Below are positions 13,585 through 26,430 of a stretch of 64,000 bases of DNA, one piece after another. This stretch comes from Tubulanus polymorphus. Taxonomy: Eukaryota > Animalia > Nemertea. The notes under the pieces are model-generated. The model saw nothing but the letters and a program-made list of their open reading frames with translations. It did no database searches and was not told the origin of the DNA. The stretch lies in assembly GCF_964204645.1 (NCBI RefSeq), contig NC_134036.1:9651859-9715858 (forward strand), given 5' to 3'. Position 1 is the stretch's first letter. Every line of letters begins with the position of its first letter. Both the position numbers and the translations under genes were made by a program.

Positions 13585-14412
13585 TAGACTGTTAAAATGA
13601 TAATTTGTCAGACTGTTAAATCATAAATTGTTAGAATGGTAAAATGTTAAATTGTTAGACTGTTAAAATGTTTGACTGTTGAAATGATAAATTGTTTGAC
13701 AGTTGAAATATTAGATTGTTAGACTGTTGAAATGTTAAATTGTTAGACTGTTAAAATGATAAATTGTTTGACTGTTAAAATGATAAATTGTTTGACAGTT
13801 GAAATGATAAATTGTTTGACTGTTGAAATGTTAAATTGTTTGACAGTTGAAATGATAAATTGTTTGACAGTTGAAATGTTACATTGTTAGACTGTTAAAA
13901 TGATAAATTGTTTGACTGTTAAAATGATAAATTGTTTGACAGTTGAAATGATAAATTGTTTGACTGCTGAAATGTTAAATTGCTAGACTGTTGAAATATT
14001 AAATTGTTAGACTGTTGAAATGTTAAATTGTTAGACTTAAAATGATAAATTGTTTGACTGTTGAAATGTGAAATTGTTAGACTGTTAAAATGTTAAATTG
14101 TTAGACTGTTGAAATGATAAATTGTTTGACAATTGAAATGTTAGATTGTTAGACTGTTAAAATGTTAAATTGTTAGACTGTTGAAATGATAAATTTTTTG
14201 ACTGTTGAAATGTTAAATTGTTAGACTGTTAAAATGTTAAATTGTTAGACTGTTAAAATGATAAATTGTTTGACAGTTGAAATGTTAAATTGTTAGACTG
14301 TTAAATTGTTAGACTGTTAAAATGCTAAATTGTTCGACTGTTAAAATGATAAATTGTTTGACTGTTGAAATGTTAAATTGTTAGACTGTTGAAATGTTAA
14401 ATTGTTTGGCTG
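13585..14412. repeat. Minisatellite, ~24-bp unit (aaattgttagactgttaaaatgtt), more than 30 copies
   Basis: Directly visible tandem array with variant units. Confidence 0.92.
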
Positions 14413-14531
14413 TAAATTTAATTGTTATTTGATTTAATCATTTAAAAGTTTAATATTTTAAAAATGATTATAAAACATTTAATAAAAAACTAGCAAATAT
14501 TTATTAATTTTCTAATTTCTTTCTTAAATAA

Positions 14532-14762
14532 ATGGATGGTTTCATTCCAACTGGGAAAAGTGATTTGAAACATTATCTTGTAGCAGGAGGATTAATATCG
14601 GCTGCGCTTTATTTATACTATGAGAATATTAGTAAGGATTTGATGAAAGAAAATATGAAGTTGAGCAAGAAATTAAAGAAGTTAAATACTAAAAACGGAA
14701 ATAATCATAAAAACGGTAATAATCACAAGAAAGTTGTTGAATCAGATAAAGAAGGGAATTAA
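14532..14762 (+). CDS. Small membrane protein (TM helix plus basic tail), Polinton-like
   Basis: Starts in ATAAATG; hydrophobic segment YLVAGGLISAALYLYY. Confidence 0.45.
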   Translation: MDGFIPTGKSDLKHYLVAGGLISAALYLYYENISKDLMKENMKLSKKLKKLNTKNGNNHKNGNNHKKVVESDKEGN

Positions 14763-15069
14763 TCTAATAAAATCTTTTTCTAATGAAATGAATGAAAATA
14801 TATTAAATTTGTTAAATCTTATTTACAGAAATCAAGAGAAAATGAAATTAAGTATGATGATTTCAGGGTTACTTTCCTTTTCAGTTTATAGTTTGAAACA
14901 ATTGTTTCATTTTTATGATGATTGTAAAATAAAATATATTGAATTGAAAAATAATATCAATTACATTTCAGATAGAATGAATAATATTAAAAGATGTGAA
15001 ATTTGGAGTAAAAAATACAAGACGGAAAAAGGATTTAGAAATCATAAATTCAGGCATAAATTAGAATGA
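14734..15069 (+). CDS. Hypothetical protein with a hydrophobic segment and a degenerate C2H2 finger
   Basis: C-terminus CEIWSKKYKTEKGFRNHKFRH resembles CxxC...H...H with one Cys lost. The start codon is uncertain. Confidence 0.35.
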   Translation: MLNQIKKGINLIKSFSNEMNENILNLLNLIYRNQEKMKLSMMISGLLSFSVYSLKQLFHFYDDCKIKYIELKNNINYISDRMNNIKRCEIWSKKYKTEKGFRNHKFRHKLE

Positions 15070-15211
15070 TTAAATGAAAAATCAAAGTAAAGGAATGAAA
15101 AATCAAAGTAAGAAAATCTCATTTATTGTGTAAAATTGAAATAATTTGAACTACAACTAAAATTAAACTAAAATAGACAACTTTGTTAATCTAATGAATT
15201 TTTAGTTATAT

Positions 15212-15353
15212 TTTTGTTGAATTGTAATTAAAGTTAGTTGCAACTATCTTCAACTAGAATTTAACTAGAATTGAATGAAAAATAAAAAAGATTAACAGGC
15301 CAGTTAATTTAGTGAAGATAGTTGCAACTAACTTTAATTACAATTCAACAAAA
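15212..15353. repeat. Perfect 41-bp inverted repeat with a 60-bp spacer
   Basis: 15212-15252 ttttgttgaattgtaattaaagttagttgcaactatcttca is the exact reverse complement of 15313-15353. Confidence 0.9.
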
Positions 15354-17935
15354 TTCCATACATAAGCTATTTAATTATAATATATGCCATTGGAGGGATC
15401 AATATATTTGATACATCCAAGCCGGTTTTTATGAATTGAGCCAATTTGACCGTCGGGTTTTTCAAAATAGCGAGAGTAATAAAGGTATTCAAAGAAGAAT
15501 AGTTTAATGGGGTCCGTCAAGTAAAGTACAATAAATGGGATTCATTGAACATTTAAACACAGGTAAAATTGGCCTTTAAATATTGCCAAGAACGAGATGA
15601 AGATGCATAGATATGTGGTGGAAACTGCTATGGATTGATATTAATATTACAGCAATCAATGATATATGAATATTATGTTGATTAATAACTAAATCTGCAT
15701 GAGATATCGAGATTTCTCGCGTCTTCGGTGTACTTTATTCTAAACAGCTGATGCCGAACCCGAATGAACAGATTCATTTCACGCTCATTGATTGTAAATT
15801 ATTTACCAATTATCCAAGCTCAAATATCCCAGCGTTCCCTGTTTGTCATAAAGAGTTTTTTTTTCGTAAACATATAGAAAGAAGCAATTGACTTTAAATA
15901 CGCTTGTTTTAAATTGTAGGTAACGCAACATAAGATCTGTTATAATCTATGAAACAATATACCATATTGTGTAAAATGTCATTTAACCAAAAAACCATAC
16001 GGTATACAAAATTCTCATTAATGCACATTTAATAATAATTCCATGTCTATCCATAATTACCATCCCATCCGTCACTTACTTGAGGTTTCGTCACCACTGC
16101 TGATGCTATTATGATGGATCGTCAGAGTTTGAATGCAAATATGAATATATATAGAACTGACGTCGATAATGTTTGCACATCTTTTCCTCACACTATTTGT
16201 TTATATCTTCCTGATGATGACATTCCTGTTCAAATTTTAGGTAACTCGAAACCAAATTTCAACAAGCGATTTATTATGGAATGCGTTCAATATATGCATA
16301 TTATAGTTGGGGAGCTAGCTTGCATTTACACTATTCAGCCCAAAAGGTTCACCTACAGCAATTGATGAGACGATAATAGGTGCGAGTGAATGTAAGGCAC
16401 ATCTTAAGTTGTGCATCATCAGAGGAAGGCCCTGTTAGTCCCCCTCCCCAAAAAGAGAAATATCAAAAAGCACATTTATATTGGAGATGTGTGTCCAAAA
16501 GGCAAACTTACTGGGAAGTGTCCGTACCAATTCAGTAGTAATATATTTCACTCCTAAGATTTTCACTCTACAATTTTATTTTCAGCATTAAGCGAGATAT
16601 ATAGGGGGTAGATTTAGGATTTGTTCTGAGCATTGAACCCAAGCAAATTTCTTTTGTTCATTAAACTCACAACCATTCACATTGAATCAATGTAGGACCC
16701 AACATTCTTCAGAGAGTTAAGAGTTAATGCAACCGTCAATCGCAACTCTATACCCGTCCTCCACAGTCAATCAACTCTCAATTGTGTCCTATCGCCCAGC
16801 AATCGACAGCATATTACCCAGATTCAACGACATTAAACCCAGAAATCGACAGAATTTCAAGAACCCCAAGGGTCCAACGCTAGGTAATTGGTGGAAATAT
16901 CCATCGCCAGGAAATAATTGTTTTAATTTCTCTGTAATTTGCCGGGATCGACATCATATCACCACCGGATGGCACAATAAACCATTAAGTAATTCCGATT
17001 AGTGGGCGTTCTTAGCGCTACCCGGCCACACCCTTCAAGAAGCTGATTACTGCTAACTATCGACGAATTCTAACCAACTTTAGAGCAACTGACCCCCGGT
17101 GCGTCGATACGCTCAACAAAGAAACATAGATTAAAATTGTCCTGTTTTTATCTGTCAATAAAACCAGTTTCACAATATTGAGGGTTTATATGGTTTCAAT
17201 TAAGGACCCATTTCTACAGTTGTTTCGTTCCACATGTCTCTGATGCAAACAGTTTGACTTTTAATCCAGTTCCTCCGTTTTGTCGGTTTAACTCTTAAAT
17301 CACAGCTATTAGGAACTAATTTGACTTTGCATCCAGTCCCAGACATGTTTAGGTTTTTCTGACATGAGAAGGAAAACGTTAATTAGTCGAATGATATCGG
17401 GTGCTGAATTTTCAGCAACATATTCCAGACGAAAAAGTTTCGTATTTCACCCGTTTCCACTCGGGATTCAAGTACTGAAATTTACACCTGTTATGTTAAG
17501 AGCATTGAATAGAAAATCAAATAGTATATTTAATGTATGAAGTGCAAAATTAATGGGCGAATTTTCAGCATAAAGGTTCCTATACTTAATGCAGCACCGA
17601 ACTTTAACTATACGGCAAACCGTTAGTAGATAACGTACATAGTGTGAAACAAAGTGGCCGATGACCATACCGTGTAGTTTAGTAAGAGATTTTAAGAAAT
17701 TACTCCCCGCTAAGCTATTTTTATCGTTGACGTTCCCGGGTGAAAAACAAATATCGCCATCCATCGATTCGATAAACCCGGAAGTAAGAGTAAACGTCAA
17801 TATCGAGAAACTAACCCTTCGTACTTCTCTAATATTTGTCTCGAGCTCAAATATGAACTAATTGAAGGGCTCAAGTCCGATATACGTCAAAATAGAGCGC
17901 TATGCGTAAAGTCAATTGAGTAAATCGGTTGTTTA

Positions 17936-18082
17936 TTTGTAATTGGGGTCGGCAGGTAGACACTACACGCAATACGTCGTGAGCTGTCGATGTGAGTATT
18001 CCCCTGCTGTTTATCTGTAATCGGGTCGGCAGGTAGACACTAAATGCAATACGTCGTGAACTGTCGATGTGAGCATCCCTTT
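17936..18082. repeat. Tandem duplication, ~78-bp unit x2
   Basis: gggtcggcaggtagacacta...gcaatacgtcgtga.ctgtcgatgtgag occurs twice. Confidence 0.8.
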
Positions 18083-18948
18083 ACTTTTGCACCGTAGTGT
18101 ATCCAAGTCTATGAAACTCTCGTCGTTTTACATCTATTTTTGTATGAGGGATCGACTGGTACAAATCGTTTTCAAAAATCATATTACAATAAAATCATGT
18201 TGTTATAATTCTTGGTATCGTTTCATATTATTTTATTCATGTCTTTTGCTTGCGGCTGCCACCGATTTTTAGAGGTTTCGGGATGGTTGATATGAAGACT
18301 TATAAATATCAGCGTTTGCGCGACAACAATAGTAATGCGTCTAATTTATCTGCTGCGGCTGTTGCTGTTGCTGCTGCTATTTGAATCATTAGTTATGCGA
18401 TATTACTTCGAATTCGGTAATAATCTGTTGAAAATGTGATTCATTGAGTGCATTGCGAACTTGTCCCAGATTATTTTTTTCGATAATTCGATTTTAAACG
18501 GATTTGAGTTAGGCCTACTGTATGGACATATTGATTTCATAATATTCATTTCATACGGTAGGGCCTACTGGTTTGTGAAATGCATTAGTTCCGGAAAAAT
18601 TGAGATGACGATTGAAATAGTTGATAACCATTGTGAATAGTTAGTTCTAAGATTCGTATTCGATTTCGGGGCAATCGTGTAAACAGATTTTGAAAAGTTA
18701 ACCGATGAAGGATTTGAATTACTGCATAGAAATACGTATCATGTAAACGAGGACTGGTAGAATATCTGATATTACATATACTTCGTATATTAGCAGAGCT
18801 GCCAACTGTTTCTGATTTTCAGTATGTTCGTTACTGTTTTGTCCGGTCGGCTATTTGACGCTGTTTTGTTTTTAGTGATACACCGGTCACAATCTTGTCC
18901 CGAGTCGTTGATAAATAAATGCGTTGACAGGTCCCTGGCGAGAGAACG

Positions 18949-19477
18949 TGTCCGTTCACAAACCCAAGTACAAACTAGGACGCTGGAAATTTGACTGAAT
19001 ATAATAATAGTAAAACGAATTTTATTTACTGGTACCTTGATAAGTAATCTAAGCTTTCCAGTTAAAACACAGTCCAGTTTCTAACTCTAAGTTCCTATTG
19101 TACTGTCCTGCTGGTAACCCGTCCTGAATCAAGTCCCAATCAAGTTTCTATCAAGTATCTATCGAGTGTCTATCGAGTTTCTATCGAGTGTCTACTCTCC
19201 CAAGACTGCGGGCACATTTTATAGAAAGAACGGCATTCCTAGAATACCGACTCTCCCGCTCGACTTTTGGCAAGAAGCAGCAACCTTACTGACATGACTG
19301 TTTTGGTCATGTAGAATTTAGCCTTAATGATTCGCTAATCTAAAATTATTTGGGAAACTGATTTGCCAGAGTAACTATTCTTTTGCCAATCCTCCTGTCA
19401 TGACGCGGAATGATTTACTTACTCCTTGCCTATCATTGTTGAGAGAACATACATTTTCTGCGAGTTACCAACGGACA
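18949..19477 (-). mobile_element. Possible solo LTR
   Basis: TGTCCGTT...AACGGACA 8-bp inverted ends (TG..CA). AATAAA on the minus strand near 19021. No matching TSD. Confidence 0.35.
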
Positions 19478-20904
19478 TATACAACAACAGAAACTTTAGA
19501 GAGCTAGTATTAGCATTTACCACAAATTAATGTTCATCAAACTTAAGCGATTATAGAGATTTTGTTCTTAATTAACATCCAGGATACCCAAAAATTAAAT
19601 ATATTTTATATTTTCAAAACTTAAGTATTCGTCTCAAATTACGGTAATGCTCATTGTTTCTATTTTTTTAATTATTAAAAATACTTTTGCTTTGGAACTT
19701 CATTATCATTCTTAAAATCATTCTATAACTGTTATACTAATTTTATTACGATACGGGATAAAGCGAAACAACAATGTCTCCCCATACTTCCGTTTTTCTT
19801 TTTATAGAAAGTACTCGGGAGTATCATGAAGTAACAGCATGATCCTTCCACCAGCCACATTATTAATGTACCCCATTGGTCCGTCCCAACCGAACTATTC
19901 TTAAGTTTTATAAAGAGATTCTGAATGTTTGCCAGATATCGCAGCAGAAGAACCGAGAAAGAATTTTTTTACACCAGACTGATTCATGGTCAGCGCTGAT
20001 AGATCAAAGCATCAAACAACAACCTGCTTACTACATGGTTTGTTGTCTGACTCCCATTAATAACCACCAACACATTCAGAGATCAACATTACAGACATTT
20101 TCTAGCCTACTATCGGTACGAATCGACACATAGCGCCATCTCTATCCAGCCTCTGGCAGTTGCACGACGTTACATCCATATTTGGCACGCTGCGTGTTAG
20201 CGAGCCGCAGTTGTTGAATTCGGTTCGTTGTGTGAAGCAGCGTGGTGGTTGCGGTTGGAATTCGTACGAAAGATGACATTAATCCAAGACTAACATACCG
20301 CGATCGGAATTACATCTATTTGTTTGGATGCGGGAGTAAGGTGGAAGTGAAAAAAATGAGTTAACGAGTCTAAAGTCATGTCATGTCATGTGCGACGTAT
20401 GGCGTCGTGACTGACTACTTAGGCTGCTGGGCGCTATTGCACTTTCGTACCCCCCTCCCAAAAAATTTTATTTCAGCATATTTATTATCAGGGAGGTCTA
20501 GGGATTCAAAATCAGTAACTTTTGACCCAAAAAACTTACTTTTTCTAGGTTAAAATTTTGTTATTTTGGGCCCTAAATCGCGTGTAAATTCGCCGATTCG
20601 CGACGTCAACAACGCCATATTGGATGTCAATCAAAGTTGCTAACCCTCCACTGAAATGTCATGACATTAAAAGTTTGCAAAAACCATGTTTTCAAACATA
20701 ACCATCTCTGAAAATAACGCATATGATTGCATTATTTTAATACTTAGCTATTGATTTAAAGATGCTGTGATGAAGAAAAGTTATGTACCCAAAAACGAAA
20801 TTTTTTCAATTCAATTCAATTACCATTAAACATTCTTTACTATCCAGGAATATCCAAATTTGGAACAGTTTAACACTCATACACTGGATAAACTTTGATA
20901 CTCA

Positions 20905-20950
20905 CAAGAGCAAGCTTTCACCTACATTCTGTAGGCGTCGTCAGGCTTAA
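20905..20950 (-). ncRNA. Minimal hammerhead ribozyme motif in the Penelope 3' region (pLTR)
   Basis: Minus strand reads CTGACGA-C-GCCTACA-GAA-TGTAGGT-GAAAGCTTG: CUGANGA core, a 7-bp stem II, GAAA, and palindromic AAGCTT. Such minimal hammerheads are established features of Penelope elements. Confidence 0.7.
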
Positions 20951-21038
20951 TGTTGACGTCATCAGATGGGACGTCACAGCCGGATCTCGTCAGCTGGTCT
21001 GTGAAGGCTCCCGCGCGCCATCTGCTACCTTAAGGATG

Positions 21039-21496
21039 TTATTCCATACAGGGGGTAGAGCAAATCTCCCAGTCTTTATTCAGCGTGGGGTGTCTCAGGT
21101 ATATGTAAAATGACTCCTGAACACCTCGTTCGAACCACCGGGATTCCACCGTCAAAATGTCTGTGTTGCCTATATCAACAGAGTGATCAGGATTGTCAGT
21201 ATGGATGTGTTGGGATACCTCTGACGTCACAGAGCTAGGTCGACGGTGTTCACCAAACCCTGCTCTCAAGGAGCGCTCAGTTTCACCAACATAACTCGCA
21301 TCGCAAGATTCACATTTAACATGGTACACCGGTCCTGTAATGCGTTCTTTAGGTACCGGGTCCTTCGGTCTAACTAATAACTGGCGTAACGTGTTCACCG
21401 GTTTAAAATACACACTAATGTTGTGGTCTTTCATCACCCGTCTGATTTGTTCAGACATGCCCTTCACATATGGTACTACGACCGATCTCTTACGCG
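21039..21496 (-). pseudogene. Penelope GIY-YIG endonuclease domain
   Basis: PYVKGMSEQIRR...GPVYHVKCESCDASYVGET...ES.YI...PTLNKD. Confidence 0.88.
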
Positions 21497-22324
21497 TGTC
21501 ACGAGGGTCCGTGGAAAACCCCAATAGGATATCCGATAGCAGAGAATCAACAACGGACGACAAGAATTCTTAAATTAAAACAAAACGAATTACAAATTTA
21601 TTCCAACGTAACTTCTACAGTTAATTAGAATGGAGTTAGAGTTAGAGTTTGATCACACTTCTCCAGTAGTGAGCCGTGATGGTATCCGAGTGAGACGTGA
21701 CCTTGATGGGTGCACACTGATCAACGTATGACGAGTCTCCCAGGATATTGCGAATGTTGACGACCGTCCGTTAGTAACTGAAATATCAGGCGCTCAGACG
21801 TTAACCGCACTAACTGACGTAGCTTGAGTACGGGAGGTTTCGAGACACGCACTCACTTGACGTATCTGAGTGGATATAATTCACAAACTAAAAGACAACA
21901 ACAATTATTGTTACGACATTTATAAGGGTCATAAACCCTGCAAACCAAACGTGCGTCTCAATTGTAATGTTATTTGATTATAATACAAAGATTTATCCGA
22001 AGATAGAACAATACAATGGTTTATCTATTAAGCAATTTGCTTGGAATGATTATTAAGAATGAACATTAGAATAGTTCAACTTACCCCGTGAACAGCATAC
22101 ATGTGTTACTATACTACACCCAATACGGTGTCCTAACAGCTGAACGGGTTTGTCGTGTCTAGTGAAACGACGCTTAAACCAAATCTTATATAGAATTGAC
22201 CGCTAGGGTTGAATGGTCACATTGAGAAAGGTGCGCCGATCCCAACAAACACACAGCTAGCTATAAGCTATGCATGCATGCAGAATGCATGAATATATGA
22301 AGTTATGAATGCAAGGTCGTGACA
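21497..22324. mobile_element. Solo LTR (828 bp) inserted in the Penelope ORF
   Basis: TGTCACGA...TCGTGACA ends. Perfect 5-bp TSD ACGCG at 21492-21496 and 22325-22329. Penelope coding sequence resumes on both sides. Confidence 0.9.
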
Positions 22325-22329
22325 ACGCG

Positions 22330-23218
22330 GAGCCTGGGTGTCTCGCTTATTTCTGACTACAGGTTTGGGCTTCGGAAGCATGGTGACTTTGTTGAAGACC
22401 CAATTAGGGTAATCATTCCATGAGAGAACCTCCTTAATGTGTTGTTTCTCCGACTGTCTGTCACTATCATCACTAACTATGGTGTCAGCCCTGTGTAGAA
22501 GGGTTTTAACTACACCCCTTTTGTGTTCTAACGGGTGGTTGCTGTTGAAATTTAGATATTGGTCAGTGTGTGTGGTTTTTCGGAATACTTTGGTACGGAT
22601 CGACCCATCCTCATTGATGACCGCATATGTGTCGAGAAACGCTAGAGCCCTCTATACACTGCAAATCTCTAGATCGGCTTGTGACGAAGCCTGTAACTCG
22701 ACCTCACCCTCGGTAGTCCATTTAATATCACCATCAATGCTGTTTAAATGGTCAGTGAAATACTGAGAAGAACACTTCTTAAGTACTGTGCAAGTATCAT
22801 CTACATACCTCTTCCATATACGTGGCGGATGGAGGGCAGTGGCGATGGCTTTCTGTTCAAAGTCTTCCATATACAGATTACACACGATTGGTGAAACTGG
22901 GGAGCCCATGGCTGCTCCGTGGATTTGAAGGTAGTACTGACCTTGGAACATGAAGTATGTACATTTTAAACAGAGGCTCAGTAGTTTAATAATGTCATCT
23001 ATACCGATGTGTGAACGTTCAAAAAGAGTATCATCTGCCTCTAATCTTTGGCTAATTATCACTAGAGCTTTGTCTATAGGGACACTAGTAAAGAGGGCCG
23101 AAACGTCATATGAGCGTAGTTCTTCATCATCATTAATGACTAGACCACAAACTTCCTTCGAGAACTCAGTAGAGTTTTTAACATGATGTATCGTCTTCCC
23201 TACTAAGGGAGATAAAAT
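22330..23218 (-). pseudogene. Penelope reverse transcriptase and thumb region
   Basis: ORF 22652-23275 carries the YVDD motif; a disrupted continuation runs to about 22330. Confidence 0.9.
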
Positions 23219-23247
23219 CATCGGTATAGATGACATTATTAGACTCT

Positions 23248-25752
23248 CTAGTACCTTCTCCCGTAACCCCCACACACGTACGGGCGATCATAACTGTGGC
23301 ATTTTTTGGTGGTCGGTAAGTCTCTTTTCGTAAATTTTCGTTACAACCCAGAATGCAATAGAATATGCTTTGCATTTCAGACAGTATCAAACTACACAAG
23401 TAACATATTCCACACCAAAAAGATTGTGTTAAGTAATTAGTTAAGTGAGTTAAGTAATTAGTTAAGTGGCTTTCATGTTATCTCTTACTCCTACGTCTGA
23501 TATCTGGTTGTTTTCGTTACGGCGCATTATTTCTTTGAAGGACAATGCATACCACATTTCTTTAACCCGAGATATTTATATATCGTAAAGTCCAATGACA
23601 TACTGGTGTTCGTAGACCCATCAATGCCGATAAAAGCGAGACCATAAAAGGCAGACCATAACCTGGACTTGTTTTGAAAAAAAAACGGGGACAATCACCG
23701 TTTAGTTTCGTTTTTTTGGTCACATAAGCATAAATCATGAACAGTGCAACCTCAATGATGTCCACATGGCAAATAGTAACAATTTAGTTCACTATTACCT
23801 CTTCAGCACAAATAAACTGGAGAAGTATCCTGGAGAAGTATCCAATATCTATGGATATATATTAAAATAACATACAAAACAACTCATTTACATTTCGCCA
23901 AATAGTTTTTTTTAAGGAGCGGTGTAGCACAAAAGAAGGCGGCAAAGTTCCATTTGGTTCCTTTCTATCCGCACAATCATGTATACTCCAAGTAGGAGTA
24001 TACATGATTAGTTAACGACAACAATTCCTTTGCTGTACTCACTTTATTGGGCAAAAATGATACCTTGTTTTTCATTATCAAATTTCCTGGTAATTACAAA
24101 ACAGGTAAGTGTTGATATCTGTTTCAATTTATATAAATGTCATAAGTGTTATGTCCATGCCGGTGTCTGCTCGTCCCAGTTGTGCTCGGGATTCTGACTG
24201 CTTCTCCTGTTTTTTCTCCTCCGGCTTGGGAACAACGTTATTTGCTGCTCGGGCACGATCGCCGTTTACGTACGGCCGCACTTCTGGTGATTCACGAATC
24301 CATTCGGCGGCAATCAGAGGTGCACGTTTTCCGTGGCCGTTCTCTTTTCCTTTGCTTTTTCTACATTACCCCAGTCAGAGGTCAGCGCCTGGCACGGGCT
24401 CTGCTAGATAGGGACAAATACGAGAATGGTCATTGTCGGGTTTGCCATTTTTGCGTAGAATTCTTGGGTCGGGTCTTTCGCGTCAGGTGATTGTCAAGGC
24501 GACCGACTAATTTCCCACACAGAGGACGCGGGCGATGCCTGGACGCCGACGCTCGTAAGCTGTCGTTTCAATGCTTAGTGGCGGTGGTTTCGACGAAATT
24601 CAACCGAACCGGCTGCGAAGTGTACACTCGAATGGCTGACCGCCTCTGTGGCTCCTGCTATGGTGAACCTAGCGACTTCTTTGCATGGAAGTCTTGCTGC
24701 ACATTTCACGAGAAAAATTCTTGCTTGTCTAGTCCGTTTTAATCTTTCTTTCGTTGTATTCAGAACAATTAGCATGAAAATAATTATGTTCAAACTTGTT
24801 CAGATTCATAACATACAACCGGGATACGTTCAAATCCATGCTCACTGTCTCTTGCTTCCGTGTCTCTGGAGGTCACGTCCTTTCTAGTACCTTCACCCGT
24901 AACCCCACACACGTACGGATGGTCTTCACTGTGGCATTTTTGGTGGTCGGTAAGTCTCTTTTCATTAATTTTCTTACACCCCAGAATGCAATAGAATATG
25001 CTTTGCATTTCAGACAGTATCAAACTTCACAATATTAACTTACATATTCCACACCTAAAAGATAGTGTTAAGTAATTAGTTAAGTAGCTTTCATGTTATC
25101 TCTTACTCCTACGTCTGATATTTGGTCGTTCGCGCATTAATTCTTCGAAGGACAATGGATACTAAATTTCTGTAACCCTCAACCCAAGATATTTATATGT
25201 CGTAAAGCCCAATGACATACTGGTGTCATAATGACATACTGACCATCAATGAAGATAAAAGTGATAGAGGCAGGCCATAACCTGGACTTGTTTTGAAACT
25301 ACGGGCAAAAACACTGTTTAGTTTCTTTTAGTTTATTGGTAACGCATAAATCATGAACAGAGCAACTTCAAGGTTACATATACATAGAATATTCAATGAA
25401 GTCCACATATGGCAAATTTCAACAATTTTGTTTGCTATTACCTTTTCAGCACATATAACCTGGAGTAGTATCCACTATCTATGGAATTATATCAAAGTAA
25501 CATATTATACACAACAGCTTATTAACATTTCGCCTAATAGTCTTCCACGGAGAAGCGTAGCACAACAGAAGGCGGCAAAGTTCCATTCGGTTTCTTTCTA
25601 TCTGCACAATACTTTATACTCGTACTCCTACTTGGAGTATACATGATTAGTTAACGACGACAATTCCTGTGCTGTACTTCCTTTATTGGGCAAAAATGAT
25701 ACCTTGTTTTTCATTATCAAATTTCTTGGTAATTACAAAACAGGTAGGTGTT
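23248..25752. repeat. Diverged direct repeat pair of ~865 bp (23248-24113 and 24884-25752) around a ~770-bp GC-richer spacer
   Basis: Colinear matches from ctagtaccttc.cccgtaacccc through to gtaattacaaaacaggta.gtgtt. Confidence 0.88.
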
Positions 25753-25789
25753 TATTTTATCATTTTCAATTTAATATTATTTCCTCCAT

Positions 25790-26430
25790 TCGTGTTGAAA
25801 AATACATCCATTTTTGGAAATATTGGCCGCTTTAAGCGAATGTGCCAGCTGCTTGGCCTGCACTGCTGCTTTGCGCGAGCCACCCATTTCGCGCAGAGCC
25901 GACGTCAACAACTTCCTTTTGTCGATGGGGCAAAACCTCTGCTTGTTCGGAAACATCTCCCACCGAATTGTGTAGTAGCACTTGCTCATGAGGGACGACG
26001 AGAGAATCTGCCCCTTCTTGTCGTGAATACGTATTTGCTGCTTGATTCTCCGACGGCCATCATGAACGGTCGAATGTTTTTCACGTAAGACCGTGTAATC
26101 TTATAGATCTTTTTCGGTAGCAGCATCTGCTGCAGCTGTCTTGTTAGTGATTATCTTAACAAGCGAGACGATTATCTTAACAAGCGAGACGATTATCTTA
26201 ACAAGCGAGTCGATCGGGGAGAACGTTGAAATGTAACCCTGGTAAGCGATTGATAGATAGATAACTTACGTCGACTAGGTCGTTTTTGTCGCACTTCCGC
26301 TTTCTTGAAATGATACAGATCGATGCGGGACGGATCGCCGCCCCTCTTCTGTTCCTAATCACGATCGATAACATCAGAAAGTTTCTCGCCATCAATTGCA
26401 AATTTTAAAGGACCTGTCTTTGGCCCTCGA
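25790..26430 (-). pseudogene. Tyrosine recombinase (Crypton-like/YR) pseudogene
   Basis: Ordered motifs across frames: ARNFLMLSIVIRNRRGAAI (box I Arg), IITNKTAAA (HKT-like Lys), YVKNIRP..KYVFTTRRG, RKLLTS...AKQLAHSLKAA (box II). A 21-bp tandem triplication at ~26149-26209 lies inside it. Confidence 0.55.

Larger units (their letters stand above)
12060..15360 (+). mobile_element. Polinton/Maverick-like terminal fragment of a second, related family
   Basis: Starts AGTAATAGGAAAAGTAGGCTTTCATACCAGAGGTCG, similar to the reverse complement of the Polinton right terminus at 48949 (AGTAATAGGGATAATAGGCTTTCATACCAAAGGTCG). Abrupt shift to very high AT. ORFs at 12145, 12816 and 14532 start in ATAAATG. 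No core genes retained. Confidence 0.65.
20880..23240 (-). mobile_element. Penelope-like retroelement (RT plus GIY-YIG endonuclease), 5'-truncated and split by a solo LTR
   Basis: RT motifs SYDVSALFTSVP, QIHGAAMGSPVSP, WKRYVDD, then FLD..VFRK.THTDQYL. Endonuclease GPVYHVKCESCDASYVGETERSL..EH..H. Confidence 0.93.

Noticed and set aside
12402-14412. Tandem arrays as CRISPR arrays
   Set aside because: No unique spacers, no cas genes and a eukaryotic context; these are minisatellites.
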